Shown one piece after another: positions 1 to 11,400 of a stretch of 64,000 nt of DNA. Every line of letters begins with the position of its first letter. Positions within the stretch are counted from its first letter, which is position 1. The notes under the pieces are model-generated. The model was not told where the DNA came from and ran no database searches. It saw only the letters and a list, made by a program, of their open reading frames with translations. The stretch is from a virus (taxonomy: Duplodnaviria; Caudoviricetes): IMG/VR virus record IMGVR_UViG_3300027286_000002; one strand, written 5' to 3'. The position numbers were made by a program, and so were the translations under genes.

Positions 1-2296
1 TCGCAGATTCGATAATATTGCTTGCATATAAATCACCTTGAACAGTAATATTACCTACAGTTTCAATATTACCTGTATCAGAATTTAGAACAAAAGTTTG
101 ATTTGTATCGTGGATAGTTTGAAATAAATATCCAACAGGTGATGTACTATTAATCTCAACATCTTTTAAATTAACAATATCATTAAAAGTGATTGCACTA
201 TCTACAGTAAGTTGAGCATCTGCACTAAGAGATAAAGTACTACCTGTAATCGCATTAGCATAAAGAGTATTTAACTTTAAATCAGCATAAGATAAATTAC
301 TTGCTTGATTTACGATATTAGTAGTAGATGAACCAATACTATCAGCTGTGACAATAGCAAAACGAGAATCGTTTTCATCCCAAAAGAGAGATGCTGATTG
401 TTCTGTATTTCCTCTTTCAATAATAAAACCTGCATCATTGACAGCATTAGCAAGAACATTAGTACCTTTACCTAAAAGAACAATGCTATCTACAACATCA
501 AGATTTACTGTATTAATAGAAGTAGTAGTACCATTAACAATAAGACTGCCACCTATTGTCAAATTACCTTGAATTTCTACATCGTTTGCCAAACCTACAT
601 TGACTTCACCATTTAAAACAAAAACAGAAGTTTCATTAGCTACACCTAAGAAGGATAATGTACCACCTAAAGTAATATTCTCTGAACTGTCATTATCTGC
701 AACAGTGATAAAGTTAGAAGATAATTTAGTTGTGCTAATAGTACCAAGACCAACAGTCAAAATACTTGTATTTTCATCAAGACTAATAGAAACACCATCA
801 GCACCAACGACATCAAGATTATCACTTAAATGTAATTGAAAGTCATTTACAGAGATAAAATCATGTTCAAGCATAGCATTAGTGATAGTGCCAAGAGTAA
901 CATTTAAAGTAACACTAGCCAAAGCATTATTTAAACTAACTGATCCTGTAGCATTGCCTGCAAGATTAATAGTTTTAGCTAAAGCGACAGCACTTGTGGC
1001 AACGATAGTACCTGCTAAACCAATAGTGTAGACACCTGCATTATGTGCAACAGAAATTTCACCATCAGTACCATTAATAGTAACACCTTCACCTAAATGA
1101 ACTTCATGGTTATTAAAAGCGATAAAGTCATGTTCAAGTTTAGCATTAGTAATAGTACCATCTGCAATCATACCATTTGTAATAGATTCAGGTGTAACAT
1201 CAGCAATAATTTCTACTGATTGAGAGCCATCAAAAGAAACAGAACCTGTGATAACACTTCCACCAAGACTTAAAGTGACAGCTGTAAATAATTTAGTAGC
1301 AGTATCTACATTACCAACAGATAAGGTATTGCCTGTGATAGCAAGACCACCTGTCAAATTAACAGTACCACCTAAAGCAATAGGACTGCCACCAATATTA
1401 ATAGTACTATTAATAAGTTTAGCATTATCGATGGCATTGAGAATTAGAGTACCTGTGGCAGATAAAGTGGCATCACCAGATACAACATGATTTTCCCATA
1501 TACCATTATTATAAATGAGAACATTACCATCAGCAGGTAGATTAATATTTACATCTGTGAGATCAGAGATAGCAGTAGCACCTCCACCACCTACAAGAGA
1601 TAAAGTTCCACCTGTGATTTGAAAATCATTAGATAAAGCTAAAGTTCCACCTAAAGCTAAATCATAAGATCCAAATCTAACAGAAGAGTTTTCAAGTTTA
1701 GCATTTGAAACACTAGCATCATTTAAACTAGCATTTAAATTTACTGATTGAGAACCATCAAAAGCAACAGAGCCTGTGAGAACAGTACCTGTTAAATTTA
1801 AAGTCATGGCAGAAATCCAAGCAGTAGATGTTACTGCATTACCATCAAGGTTAGCAGTAATAGTACCACCAACCATCATAGGAATATCAAGACCATCTTG
1901 TAAATCAGCAGTAGAGATAGTAGTATTTATCCATTCTGTACCTGAGTATTTGAGAAATTCTCCTGTATCTACACCAGCTACATCAACATCACTTAATGTA
2001 GCTAAAGATCCACCACCACCTCCACCATGTGTATCGACATAATTTTTAGTAGCAACATCTTGTGGATCAACAGGATCACCTGCATTAACAATCCTGTACT
2101 CATCAAAATCTAAATTTTGAGTAGGTAAAACATTGCTTAGGTTAGCTAAAGCAGTTTCAGAACCACCAAGTGTAGCACCATCATGTACACGAATAGAATT
2201 ATTAGTAGTATTGACAGTGATTTCACCAACTGCACCTGTAAAGGCATCGTTTTCAGCACCTGTGCCTCTTCTTAATTGAACTTTACGAACAGACAT
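1..2296 (-). CDS. Fibre/tail-associated structural protein with Mtd_N-like N-terminus (partial, runs off the window start)
   Basis: Not in the ORF track. My translation: ATG at 2296 after a GGAG SD, MSVRKVQLRRGTGAENDAFTGAVGEITVNTTNNSIRVHDG..., later DPVDPQDVATKNYVD, GGGG linkers and an IIERG motif; frame open to position 2. Confidence 0.75.
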   Translation of the reverse strand, partial: MSVRKVQLRRGTGAENDAFTGAVGEITVNTTNNSIRVHDGATLGGSETALANLSNVLPTQNLDFDEYRIVNAGDPVDPQDVATKNYVDTHGGGGGGSLATLSDVDVAGVDTGEFLKYSGTEWINTTISTADLQDGLDIPMMVGGTITANLDGNAVTSTAWISAMTLNLTGTVLTGSVAFDGSQSVNLNASLNDASVSNAKLENSSVRFGSYDLALGGTLALSNDFQITGGTLSLVGGGGATAISDLTDVNINLPADGNVLIYNNGIWENHVVSGDATLSATGTLILNAIDNAKLINSTINIGGSPIALGGTVNLTGGLAITGNTLSVGNVDTATKLFTAVTLSLGGSVITGSVSFDGSQSVEIIADVTPESITNGMIADGTITNAKLEHDFIAFNNHEVHLGEGVTINGTDGEISVAHNAGVYTIGLAGTIVATSAVALAKTINLAGNATGSVSLNNALASVTLNVTLGTITNAMLEHDFISVNDFQLHLSDNLDVVGADGVSISLDENTSILTVGLGTISTTKLSSNFITVADNDSSENITLGGTLSFLGVANETSVFVLNGEVNVGLANDVEIQGNLTIGGSLIVNGTTTSINTVNLDVVDSIVLLGKGTNVLANAVNDAGFIIERGNTEQSASLFWDENDSRFAIVTADSIGSSTTNIVNQASNLSYADLKLNTLYANAITGSTLSLSADAQLTVDSAITFNDIVNLKDVEINSTSPVGYLFQTIHDTNQTFVLNSDTGNIETVGNITVQGDLYASNIIESA

Positions 2297-2367
2297 ATAA
2301 GAATCTCCTATTTTTTATTGAAACATAATCATCAATAAAATAAGAGATAATAGATATATTAAAAATC

Positions 2368-4131
2368 TTATCCGATTAGGCAACCATAATCTTCAAGAGA
2401 ATAATACACTGTTGTGATAAATAAATCTTCTGCATTTAAAGGTGTTTCGCCTGTTCCATTAGCATCTTGAAAATCCATACTAGAACCTATAACATTATCC
2501 GTGACAGCACCATAATCAATACTTTCAATAAATCTACCTTGATCATCCACTAAACCTAAATTTACTTTAGCTGTATTTTGACTGGATACATTACCTAAAA
2601 TCTCATTAAATAAATTAGCAATTTGAAAAAAGTTAGCAGGATTTACATCATTACTTAAATTTCCCAATGCAATATCTAAAGTAGATAAAGCATTACTAAA
2701 ATCAGTAGCACCATCTAAATAATTAGTACCATTTGGTTGTACCCAATCTCCATTACCATCTACATATCCACCTAAAGTAGTTTCAATCGCATTCAATTCA
2801 TCTTGAATAGCTTGACCATCAAGATCATGTGGAATAAACTTATTATTTAAGGCATCCCAAACAATAGTTTGTCCATTTGTAATGGCATCTATATCTACAT
2901 TATTAAGTGTATGTAAAGATGACCCTAAAGCAGTAACATACCAATAGCTATCAATACCGTCATTCATATATCTAAATTGATATAGACCTGTAGTATTGTT
3001 TGAGAGTACTAGATTGTTAGGATTAGAATAGATTTGACCTTTATATAAAACAGAGGCAAAAGTAGTGTTTACAGTAGTAGAACTAAAATCATGATTTACT
3101 TGAACAAAAAAGACATCGCCAATATCAGCAATGTTGTGCAAAGTAACAATAAGGTTATCCACATCATCATTTAAGTAAATCTTATTAGATTCAGAAGTAT
3201 AGTTTGTAGTTTTAACGACTACTTCAAGTTTAGGTGTAGTATTATTGCCATCTGATAAGTCAGATAAAGATAATTGAGCATTGATAAAAGCACCACCACC
3301 ATTATATTTTAAGACTTCATAAATTTCTACAGGATTTGTAATCGTAACACCTGCAATATCATTTAAAGCAACAGATACAGATGCTGTGATATTATCATTA
3401 TCTAAAGTAAAAGTAATATCAGTATGGTTGAGATTGTTATCTACAAGATTTTGACCTACTGCATTTATAGCATCAGTATCTGTATAGGTAGCAGGAAAAT
3501 CACTAGCTATAAATTTACTATTGCCATTATCCCATATAAGAGTTTGACCATTAGTAATCCCTGCAATATCTACATCACTAAGATTAGCTATTTGAAAGAC
3601 AGAATTACCATCACTATCTAAAATGCCACCACCAAAAGGTAATCTTAAATTACCATCATTATCAAACCACCAAACATTTCCACCTAAAGTTTCAATATAT
3701 GCACCGTCTAATTCGACCCATACATAGCTACCATTACTCTCAAGTTGAGCATAATTGGATGCTTGTAGATTGATATAGTTATCTACAATGTTAGTAATAT
3801 CACCATTATTAAAAGTGAAATTGCCAACATTATTTCCGATATTAGCAAGTACCCATGCTTTAGTAGCTACATCTTGATTATCTACAGGATCAGCAACATT
3901 AGTAATTCTGACGGAAACATTACCTAGACTATCTAATAAGCTAAATGTACCATCACTACTGATAAGCACATTAGACATATCAGCTTTTAACATTTCATGT
4001 CCACCATTAAGCACATTGTCATGTAATCTTAAACTGTTATTGGTGGTGTTCATTGTCAATTCACCAACAAGACCTGTAAAGGTTTGGTGTTGAACTGCTG
4101 TACCTCTTCTTAACTGAACCTGTCTTGACAT
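2368..4131 (-). CDS. Fibre/tail-associated structural protein, Mtd_N-like N-terminus
   Basis: N-terminal QLRRGT...GELTMNTTNNSLRLHD paralogous to the upstream gene; DPVDNQDVATKAWV; LSDV-type repeats shared with the 2131-aa protein. Confidence 0.7.
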   Translation of the reverse strand: MSRQVQLRRGTAVQHQTFTGLVGELTMNTTNNSLRLHDNVLNGGHEMLKADMSNVLISSDGTFSLLDSLGNVSVRITNVADPVDNQDVATKAWVLANIGNNVGNFTFNNGDITNIVDNYINLQASNYAQLESNGSYVWVELDGAYIETLGGNVWWFDNDGNLRLPFGGGILDSDGNSVFQIANLSDVDIAGITNGQTLIWDNGNSKFIASDFPATYTDTDAINAVGQNLVDNNLNHTDITFTLDNDNITASVSVALNDIAGVTITNPVEIYEVLKYNGGGAFINAQLSLSDLSDGNNTTPKLEVVVKTTNYTSESNKIYLNDDVDNLIVTLHNIADIGDVFFVQVNHDFSSTTVNTTFASVLYKGQIYSNPNNLVLSNNTTGLYQFRYMNDGIDSYWYVTALGSSLHTLNNVDIDAITNGQTIVWDALNNKFIPHDLDGQAIQDELNAIETTLGGYVDGNGDWVQPNGTNYLDGATDFSNALSTLDIALGNLSNDVNPANFFQIANLFNEILGNVSSQNTAKVNLGLVDDQGRFIESIDYGAVTDNVIGSSMDFQDANGTGETPLNAEDLFITTVYYSLEDYGCLIG

Positions 4132-4184
4132 AATAAACTCTCTTTCTTTAAAACATATCTAAGAAAGAGAAAGATATAAAAACT

Positions 4185-5357
4185 TTATTTAAGATTTTTA
4201 AGTTTAGCAAGTCTTAGTTTTAGGTTAGAAGTCTTAATGGATTCACCATTGAGAATAGCTAAAAATTTATCAGCAACTTCTTTATAGGAAGGTCTAACTA
4301 GACCTAAAGTAATTGCAGTAATCATTTCAGCAAACCATTCATCATATTTTGTGCTACCATAACCTGAAGAACAATATTTAGTAGATTGTAGTGATTTTAA
4401 TTGTTCTTCAGTTAATCCAATCGAATGACCATCTGTTACACCTATAAACCAGAAAATCTTTTTTCTCTGTACTTTTTCAACATTTTCTAAAACATAATCT
4501 TGATCTTGAATTGTTGAAAAAGATGAAGAAATTGTCCATGCTGGAATATAAGTATCTTTTGGTAAAACAAAACCAATTTGAGGTTCTATATATTCACATC
4601 TATTACTTTTCCATAATTCTAAAAGTTCTTTATGTTTTTCATGTACTTCATAATCAAATTTATGTCCAAATTCATGAATCACAGTAGATACAGCCCCGGG
4701 ATTATTTAAAGATTTGGTGTAGAAAGCTATGTTTTTTTTAGTGGTATTATAAGATGCCGCCGCACCTCTTTCTGATGTCTGTACACCATATAATTCAAAA
4801 ATGTCTTTTGGTGTGCCTACATAAAGATCACCATATAATGCTTTTTTAAAATCTTTAACAGGTGAGTTCCTTATATAAGTAATTGTTTGTTTCAACACTT
4901 CTTGAAACTTATCAAGAACAGGTTTGGTTAGCTTATTCACATAAACAATATTAAAACCACCTTCTTGCTGAATAAGTTTTTCTTGATTGATCTCTTTTTG
5001 TCTTGTTTTTGAAACTGAAGATGTTTCGTCTTTCAAACTTTTAATAATATCTTTTACAACAGGCACAACTTGTTCTTTTTTTGGTAATGCACCAAAAAAA
5101 ATCTCATTCCATTCTTTTAATTGAGTGATACTTGCAGGTGGATTTTTAATTCCCAAACTATTATATGCCTTAAGAAACTTCTCAACCATACTACTTTTTC
5201 CAATATAGTTGATCAGCCAATGGTTTTGCAGAGCTTGATCCAGCTCCTCATCCCAAGATACACCTTCACCTCTTCGATCGATATACCATCTGTTTTCCAT
5301 TGCATCTAAAAGTTGTTCTGCTTTAGATAAGACCATATTTGTTTTCACGGATGCCAT
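4185..5357 (-). CDS. Zincin-type zinc metallopeptidase (paralogue 1)
   Basis: HEFGH zinc motif plus downstream YG...EWFAEM; C-terminal LKLRLAKLK peptide. Confidence 0.7.
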   Translation of the reverse strand: MASVKTNMVLSKAEQLLDAMENRWYIDRRGEGVSWDEELDQALQNHWLINYIGKSSMVEKFLKAYNSLGIKNPPASITQLKEWNEIFFGALPKKEQVVPVVKDIIKSLKDETSSVSKTRQKEINQEKLIQQEGGFNIVYVNKLTKPVLDKFQEVLKQTITYIRNSPVKDFKKALYGDLYVGTPKDIFELYGVQTSERGAAASYNTTKKNIAFYTKSLNNPGAVSTVIHEFGHKFDYEVHEKHKELLELWKSNRCEYIEPQIGFVLPKDTYIPAWTISSSFSTIQDQDYVLENVEKVQRKKIFWFIGVTDGHSIGLTEEQLKSLQSTKYCSSGYGSTKYDEWFAEMITAITLGLVRPSYKEVADKFLAILNGESIKTSNLKLRLAKLKNLK

Positions 5358-5449
5358 ATTAAAACACCTTTCTTTGTTTAATGATTTTAAACAAAGGTGT
5401 TCTTATAAAATCATTATTGATTTCAAACCAATAATGATTTTTTTGCTTT

Positions 5450-8400
5450 TTAAACAATAAAACCATGATCTAAAGATGCTTCAATAGGCTCATCTGCGAT
5501 TGATCCAAAATCCCATGTCTGTACACCTACTAATAAACCATCTGCACCAAAGACAGGTACATCACCTTCATTACTGCCTATATTAGCAAAAGCCGCCGTG
5601 CCTAAGTTTAAGGCTGTGATCAATTCATTTAAATCTATATTTGATGATGAGATACTCACAAGAGCATTAATAACATTATTCAAATTGTCATTAACAAAAG
5701 AAATCCCACTATGTGTCCCATTCTCTAAAGCTGTACCTACTGCATTCCTAGCTTGTTCATCTGTATATGTAGAAGGGAAATCACTAGATACAAATTTATT
5801 TACATTGCCATCCCATATAAGTGTCTTACCATCACCATTTAAAGTTAAATCTACATCAGATAAATCAGCAATAGCTAATTCACTATTAACAAATTGACCT
5901 GTACCATCTACTCTTAAAGTTTGACCTTCAGTTTTACTTAAAGCATTAATCGTAACATCTGTTAAATCATCTAATTGAGTTACACCACCTGCCAAATTGA
6001 TCAATGCTCTTACAAAAGAAGCATTAGCTACTTCATCACCATTTGCACCTAAATCTGTATTAACTAAAACACTTGTAGATCCTGTGAAATCCAAATCACC
6101 TGTGAAAGTTTTATTGCCTGTAATCGTTTGATCTGCATCTAGCAAGTCAATATTTGCTGAATCACTAAGTTGTTCGGATGAAAGTTGAATTGTGAGATCA
6201 ATACGATCATTTATATTGTTATTAGTAAAAGTAACACCAGCAGTATGTTCACCATTTGCTAATGCAGTACCAACTGCATTCCTAGCATCTTCATCAGTAT
6301 AGGTAGCAGGTGTATCGCTTGGAATAAAGTTAGTACCATTCCATACTAAAATTTGACCTACATCAATACCACCACTTGTATCTACATCGGATAAAGTATT
6401 AATAGAACCTAAAGCTGTTAAATTCGCACCTGAAACAGCAGGCAAACCATTTACACCAAGTTGAACTACATCACCATTATTAGTACCTACATCTAAAGTA
6501 GCACTTGTACCTAAACCTAAGATTGTAATAATAGCATTTGCATCTGCACCACCTATAATAGACCTACCAAATTCTGTGAAAGCAGTAGTAGTAAAACTAT
6601 CAATTCCATTCGCATAAATAAGAGTATCTGCACTCGTGGCAACACTAGCCAAACCTGCAAGTGTATTATCGTATGCTTGAACATCACTACCAATAGATAA
6701 ACCTAAGTTAGATCGAGCATTTGTTTTAGCAAGGTTATTTAATGCTATTTCACTAAAAGCATTTGCTACTAAAAAGACATCTTCTTCATCTAAAAGACTA
6801 GCAGTACCTAATAAATCTAAACTACTTGAATTAGCTTGAATTTGAGCATCTAATTTACCAATCGCAACATGATGACTATCTGTATTAAGGATATAATGAG
6901 TAGATGAGTAATTAGGTAAAGAACCATCTGCATTAAGACCAACAGAAGTTTCAACAGTAGATAATTCTTCATCAGTAGCTAAAAGATTAAGATCACTTAA
7001 ATCTTCAATAGATAAAGTGAAAGCGACAAATTTACCTGTGGCATCATCCCATCGTATTAATTGACCATCTAAAATACCTGCAATATTGACATCAGATAAA
7101 TCAGCAAAACTTAAAGAACCAAGACCATTAGAGATAGCACCATTTACCCATGATGTAGTAGGTACTCTAAAAGAATCATCATTTACTAATGGTACACTTG
7201 CATAAGCCTCAGCTAAATTAGATGAAGTGACAATTTGTAAAGTATCACCAGCTATTTGACCTACTACTTCTAAAGAACTTGCATTAAGTTCACCTTCAAA
7301 AGCATTTAAAAGAGCATCAAGTCTAGGTAAATTATCACTGTCTGTTAAGTCAGTAGATGCCAAAGTTAAACTAGCTTGTAAAGTAGGAACATCAATAAGA
7401 GCAGTGATATTAGAAGTATTTGTTAAAATATCACCTATATTAATGCCACCAATAGAGGTAGCAAGATTTAAGATAGATGGATCAATTGCACCTGTATTAT
7501 CAAGTAATAAAACATTGCCTGCTAAGATGCCTGCATCTCTTGTAGAAGCACTACCTAAACCTAAATTAGTTCTAGCATTAGCTTTGGCAACATTATTACC
7601 TGCAATTTCACTAAAAGCATTCGCTACTAAGAAAATATCAGTATCGTCTAAAAGACTAGCAGTACCTAAAGAATTTAAAGTGTTATTAACATTACCTAAT
7701 TCTGTATCTAAAAGAGTAAGACCTTCAGTGATAGACTCAGCAAGGTTTAAATAATTTGTATCTACAAAGGGAATGAATTGACCATTAGTATTAAGACCAA
7801 TAGCATTTTCCATTGTGTCAATTTCATCTTGTGCTTGAGCAACAGCAAGTTCAGCGGCGCCTAATAATTCCAACCATTGAGTACCATCTGAAATATAAGT
7901 TTTACTTGTACCTGTAACAATATAAACTTGACCATTATTTTCAGGAGCAGGTGCAGGTTTATCACCTTCATTAGCAACTACAGTAACAGAAGTGAAAGTG
8001 ATAGCAGGTAATTGAGATGCTGTTAATTTGCCATCAGCATTTAAAGAGGCAACACCATTAATCGCACCTAATTGAGTAGTCTTTAATACACCTGTTAAAT
8101 TGACACCTGACATTGCAGGTAGAGTGTTATTAACACTAACAAGTAAAACATTACCTGCAAGAGTACCTGCATCTCTTGTAGCAGAATTACCTAAACCTAA
8201 ATTAGTTCTAGCAGTGGCAGTGTTATTTAAATCACTAAGATTATTTGCTACAAGCAAAACATCAGTAGTATTTAAAAATGCAACAGTACCTAGACCACTA
8301 ATCATATTGGCATTGATAGCACTATTAATCCAATTATTGCCATCATACATTAAAAATTCAGTATTGACAGGATCAGTTAAGACAACATCTGCTAAATTAT

Positions 8401-11400
8401 CTATTGTATTAGTAGCAGTAGAAATCTCATTTAAGACCCATTCTGTAGTAGCAACACGAGTAGAACTATTACCTGCTAATGGACTTGTTGCACTAGCTGT
8501 ACCTAAAGAAGATGTAGTAGTGATTGTTAAGCTATTGCCTGCTAAAATACCTGAGCCTGTAATATCATGTGCATTAATATTACCTGTAGTAGTAATGCCA
8601 TGAACACCAAAAGATACTTGACCACCTAAAAGGTTAGAGATTGTACTAGCTGGCTGTAAAACAATATTACTTAAATTAGAAGTACCACTGACTTGTAAAG
8701 TACCTTCTGTTAAAACATTGCCATTTCCACTAACTGTAAATAAAGGAAATATACCATTAAACAAACTTAAGGATTGTGATCCATCACCTGCAATTTTAAT
8801 AGAACCTGTAAAGGTATTAATATTTCTACCTAATAAGGCGACATCTTGAGCCAAAGGAATATGATCATTAGCTGTTCCTATATCATAAGTAGATGCAGTA
8901 CCTAAAGAATTTTCAATATTAGAAATAGCAACATCTAAATCAGATAAAGAAGTATGATGAGAGTGTCCATTGGTAAGATAGTTATTCGTATTATAGTTAG
9001 GTAAAGATCCATCTACATTTAAACCTACAGATGATTGAGTAGTATCTAATTCGTCTTGTAAATTAGATATATCTGTTTGGATATTAGTGATATCAGTTTG
9101 AGATGAAGATAGGTTGCTGTTAATAGTATCTAATTGAGCATCGAGTTTACCAATAGCTGTGTGATGGCTATCTACATTAGCAATATAGTGAGTAGATGAG
9201 TAATTAGATTTAGTACCATTAGCATTTAAACCAACTGATGTTTCTACTGTATTGATTTCAGTTTGAGCAGATGAAAGATCAGAAGTAGTAGTATTAAGTT
9301 GAGTGTCTAGTTTACCTACTGCTACACGGATGGAATCAGCATTAAGAATATAATTTGTAGATGAGTAGTTAGGTTTAGTACCATTAGCATTTAAACCAAC
9401 AGAACTCTCAACAGTATCTAATTCGCTTTGAGCAGAAGATAAGTTATTGGTAGTAGTATTAAGTTGAGTATCAAGTTTACCTAAAGCAGAATTATGAGTA
9501 TCTGTATTTAAGATAAAATTCGTAGATGAGTAAACAGGTCTTGATCCATTAGCATTTAAACCTAAACTAGATTGAGTAGTGTCTAGTTCAGTTTGACTAG
9601 CTAGTGTATTCGCATCACTAAGATCAGAAACAACAAGAGTATGATCAACAAAAGTAGTACCATTCCATTTTAAAAATTGACCATTGACAATACCTGTAAT
9701 ATCCACATCACTAAGATCATTGATACTGCCTACTGAACTACCATCAGCAGGAATCCAATTAGTACCATTCCAAGATAAGAATTGACCATTAGCAGGTGCA
9801 TTAGTAGCAGTATCTACATCAGATAATAAATTAATAGAACCTAAAGCAGTAAGGTTTACACCTGATAAAGCAGGTAAAGTGTTATTAACAGTAAATTTTA
9901 GAACTTGATTAGCAAGAGTGCCTGTATCTAAAATAGCAGAAGTACCAAGACCTAGATTATTTCTAGCAGTAGCAAGATTATTTAAACCAGCTAGATTGCC
10001 ACTCTTTAACAAAATACTAGCAGTATCACTTAAATCAGTAGATGCTAGTTTTGCATTTACATATTGCACACCATTAAATCTTAAAGTTTGACCAATGGCT
10101 TGAGTTAAGTCATCAATCGCAACATCTGTTAATTGATCTAAAGAAGTTGCTCCTCCACCTCCTCCACCACCTTCAGCAATTCGTGCTTTAACCCAAGCAG
10201 TAGTAGCAATTTGAACACTATTGCTATTATTCGCAGGTGCAGGTGCAGTAGGCAAACCTGTAAATGCAGGACTGTTAATAGGTGCATAGATACCATTAAG
10301 ACCTTGAATATCACTAGCTTTTAAAGGTGCATTAGTCCATTGATTTGTAATCACATCATATTGGATAACATCTTTATTTTCAAGGTTTACGAAAGAAACA
10401 TCACTAAGATCAGATAAAGGACTGTTTTTAGTTAAGACATCACTTTCATTTAATGTAGATGCAGTACCTAAACCTAAATTTGATCTAGCTTGTGCAAGAT
10501 TAGTTAATCCTGATAAGTTTTCATTTTTCTTTAATAGACCATCCGTGCCTGTGAGATCAGTAAAGGCAATTTTGGCATTAACAAATTTATTGCCATCATA
10601 TCTTAAAACTTGACCAATTTGTAAAGCACCTATTTGAACATCAGTAAGATCATTTAAAGAAGTTGCTCCACCTCCTCCTCCACCTGCTTGTTGAATGACA
10701 AATCTTACCCAACCTGTAGTAGCAATCGTATTATCATTACTATTTGCCAAAGGTTCAGATGATTTAGCAGTACCTGTGAAAATAGGATTATTGATAGGTG
10801 CATAAATTCTATTAATATCTGGAATATCTGAACTTGTGATTGCACGATTAGTCCACCTGCCTGTTGCATTGTCATAACTTAATACATTTTTACTTTGAAC
10901 ATTAACAAGAGTAACATCACCTAAAGAACCAAGACCTGTACCAACAAGTAAAAAGTCATTCGCATTAGATGTAGAAGCACTACCTAAACCTAAGTTAGTT
11001 CTAGCAGTAGTAAGATTAGTTAGACCTGCTAGATTATCTGATTTTTTCATCAAGGTATTTATATCAGATAGGTTTGTAGAACTTAAAGTACTGTTAATCC
11101 ATTTGCTACCATTATATTTTAAGAAGTGATTATTTTGTAAAGCGATGCCACCTAATTGAACATCACCTAGATTACCAATAGAGAAAGGACTAAGAGAAAC
11201 AGTAGCATTAATTTTGTCTTGTGCATTTGCATTAACAAAAGAGATACCTGTATGGTTGCCTGTTTGTAAAGCAGTACCAACTGCATTTCTAGCATCTTCG
11301 TCTGTATATTGAGTTAAGGTAGTACCAATTTCACCATCAACCAAAGTGATAGGTGCTTCAGCAGAGAAAGCATCTCTTGCTCTTTGGTCTGTGAAATAAA

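Noticed and set aside
348-2042. Short plus-strand ORFs at 348-2042 and similar antisense ORFs throughout (e.g. 5598, 7404, 8100, 17230, 33047)
   Set aside because: Antisense shadows of longer, motif-bearing genes; no SD
1-4131. Diversity-generating retroelement suggested by Mtd_N-like domains
   Set aside because: No reverse transcriptase and no TR/VR pair differing at adenines seen in the window
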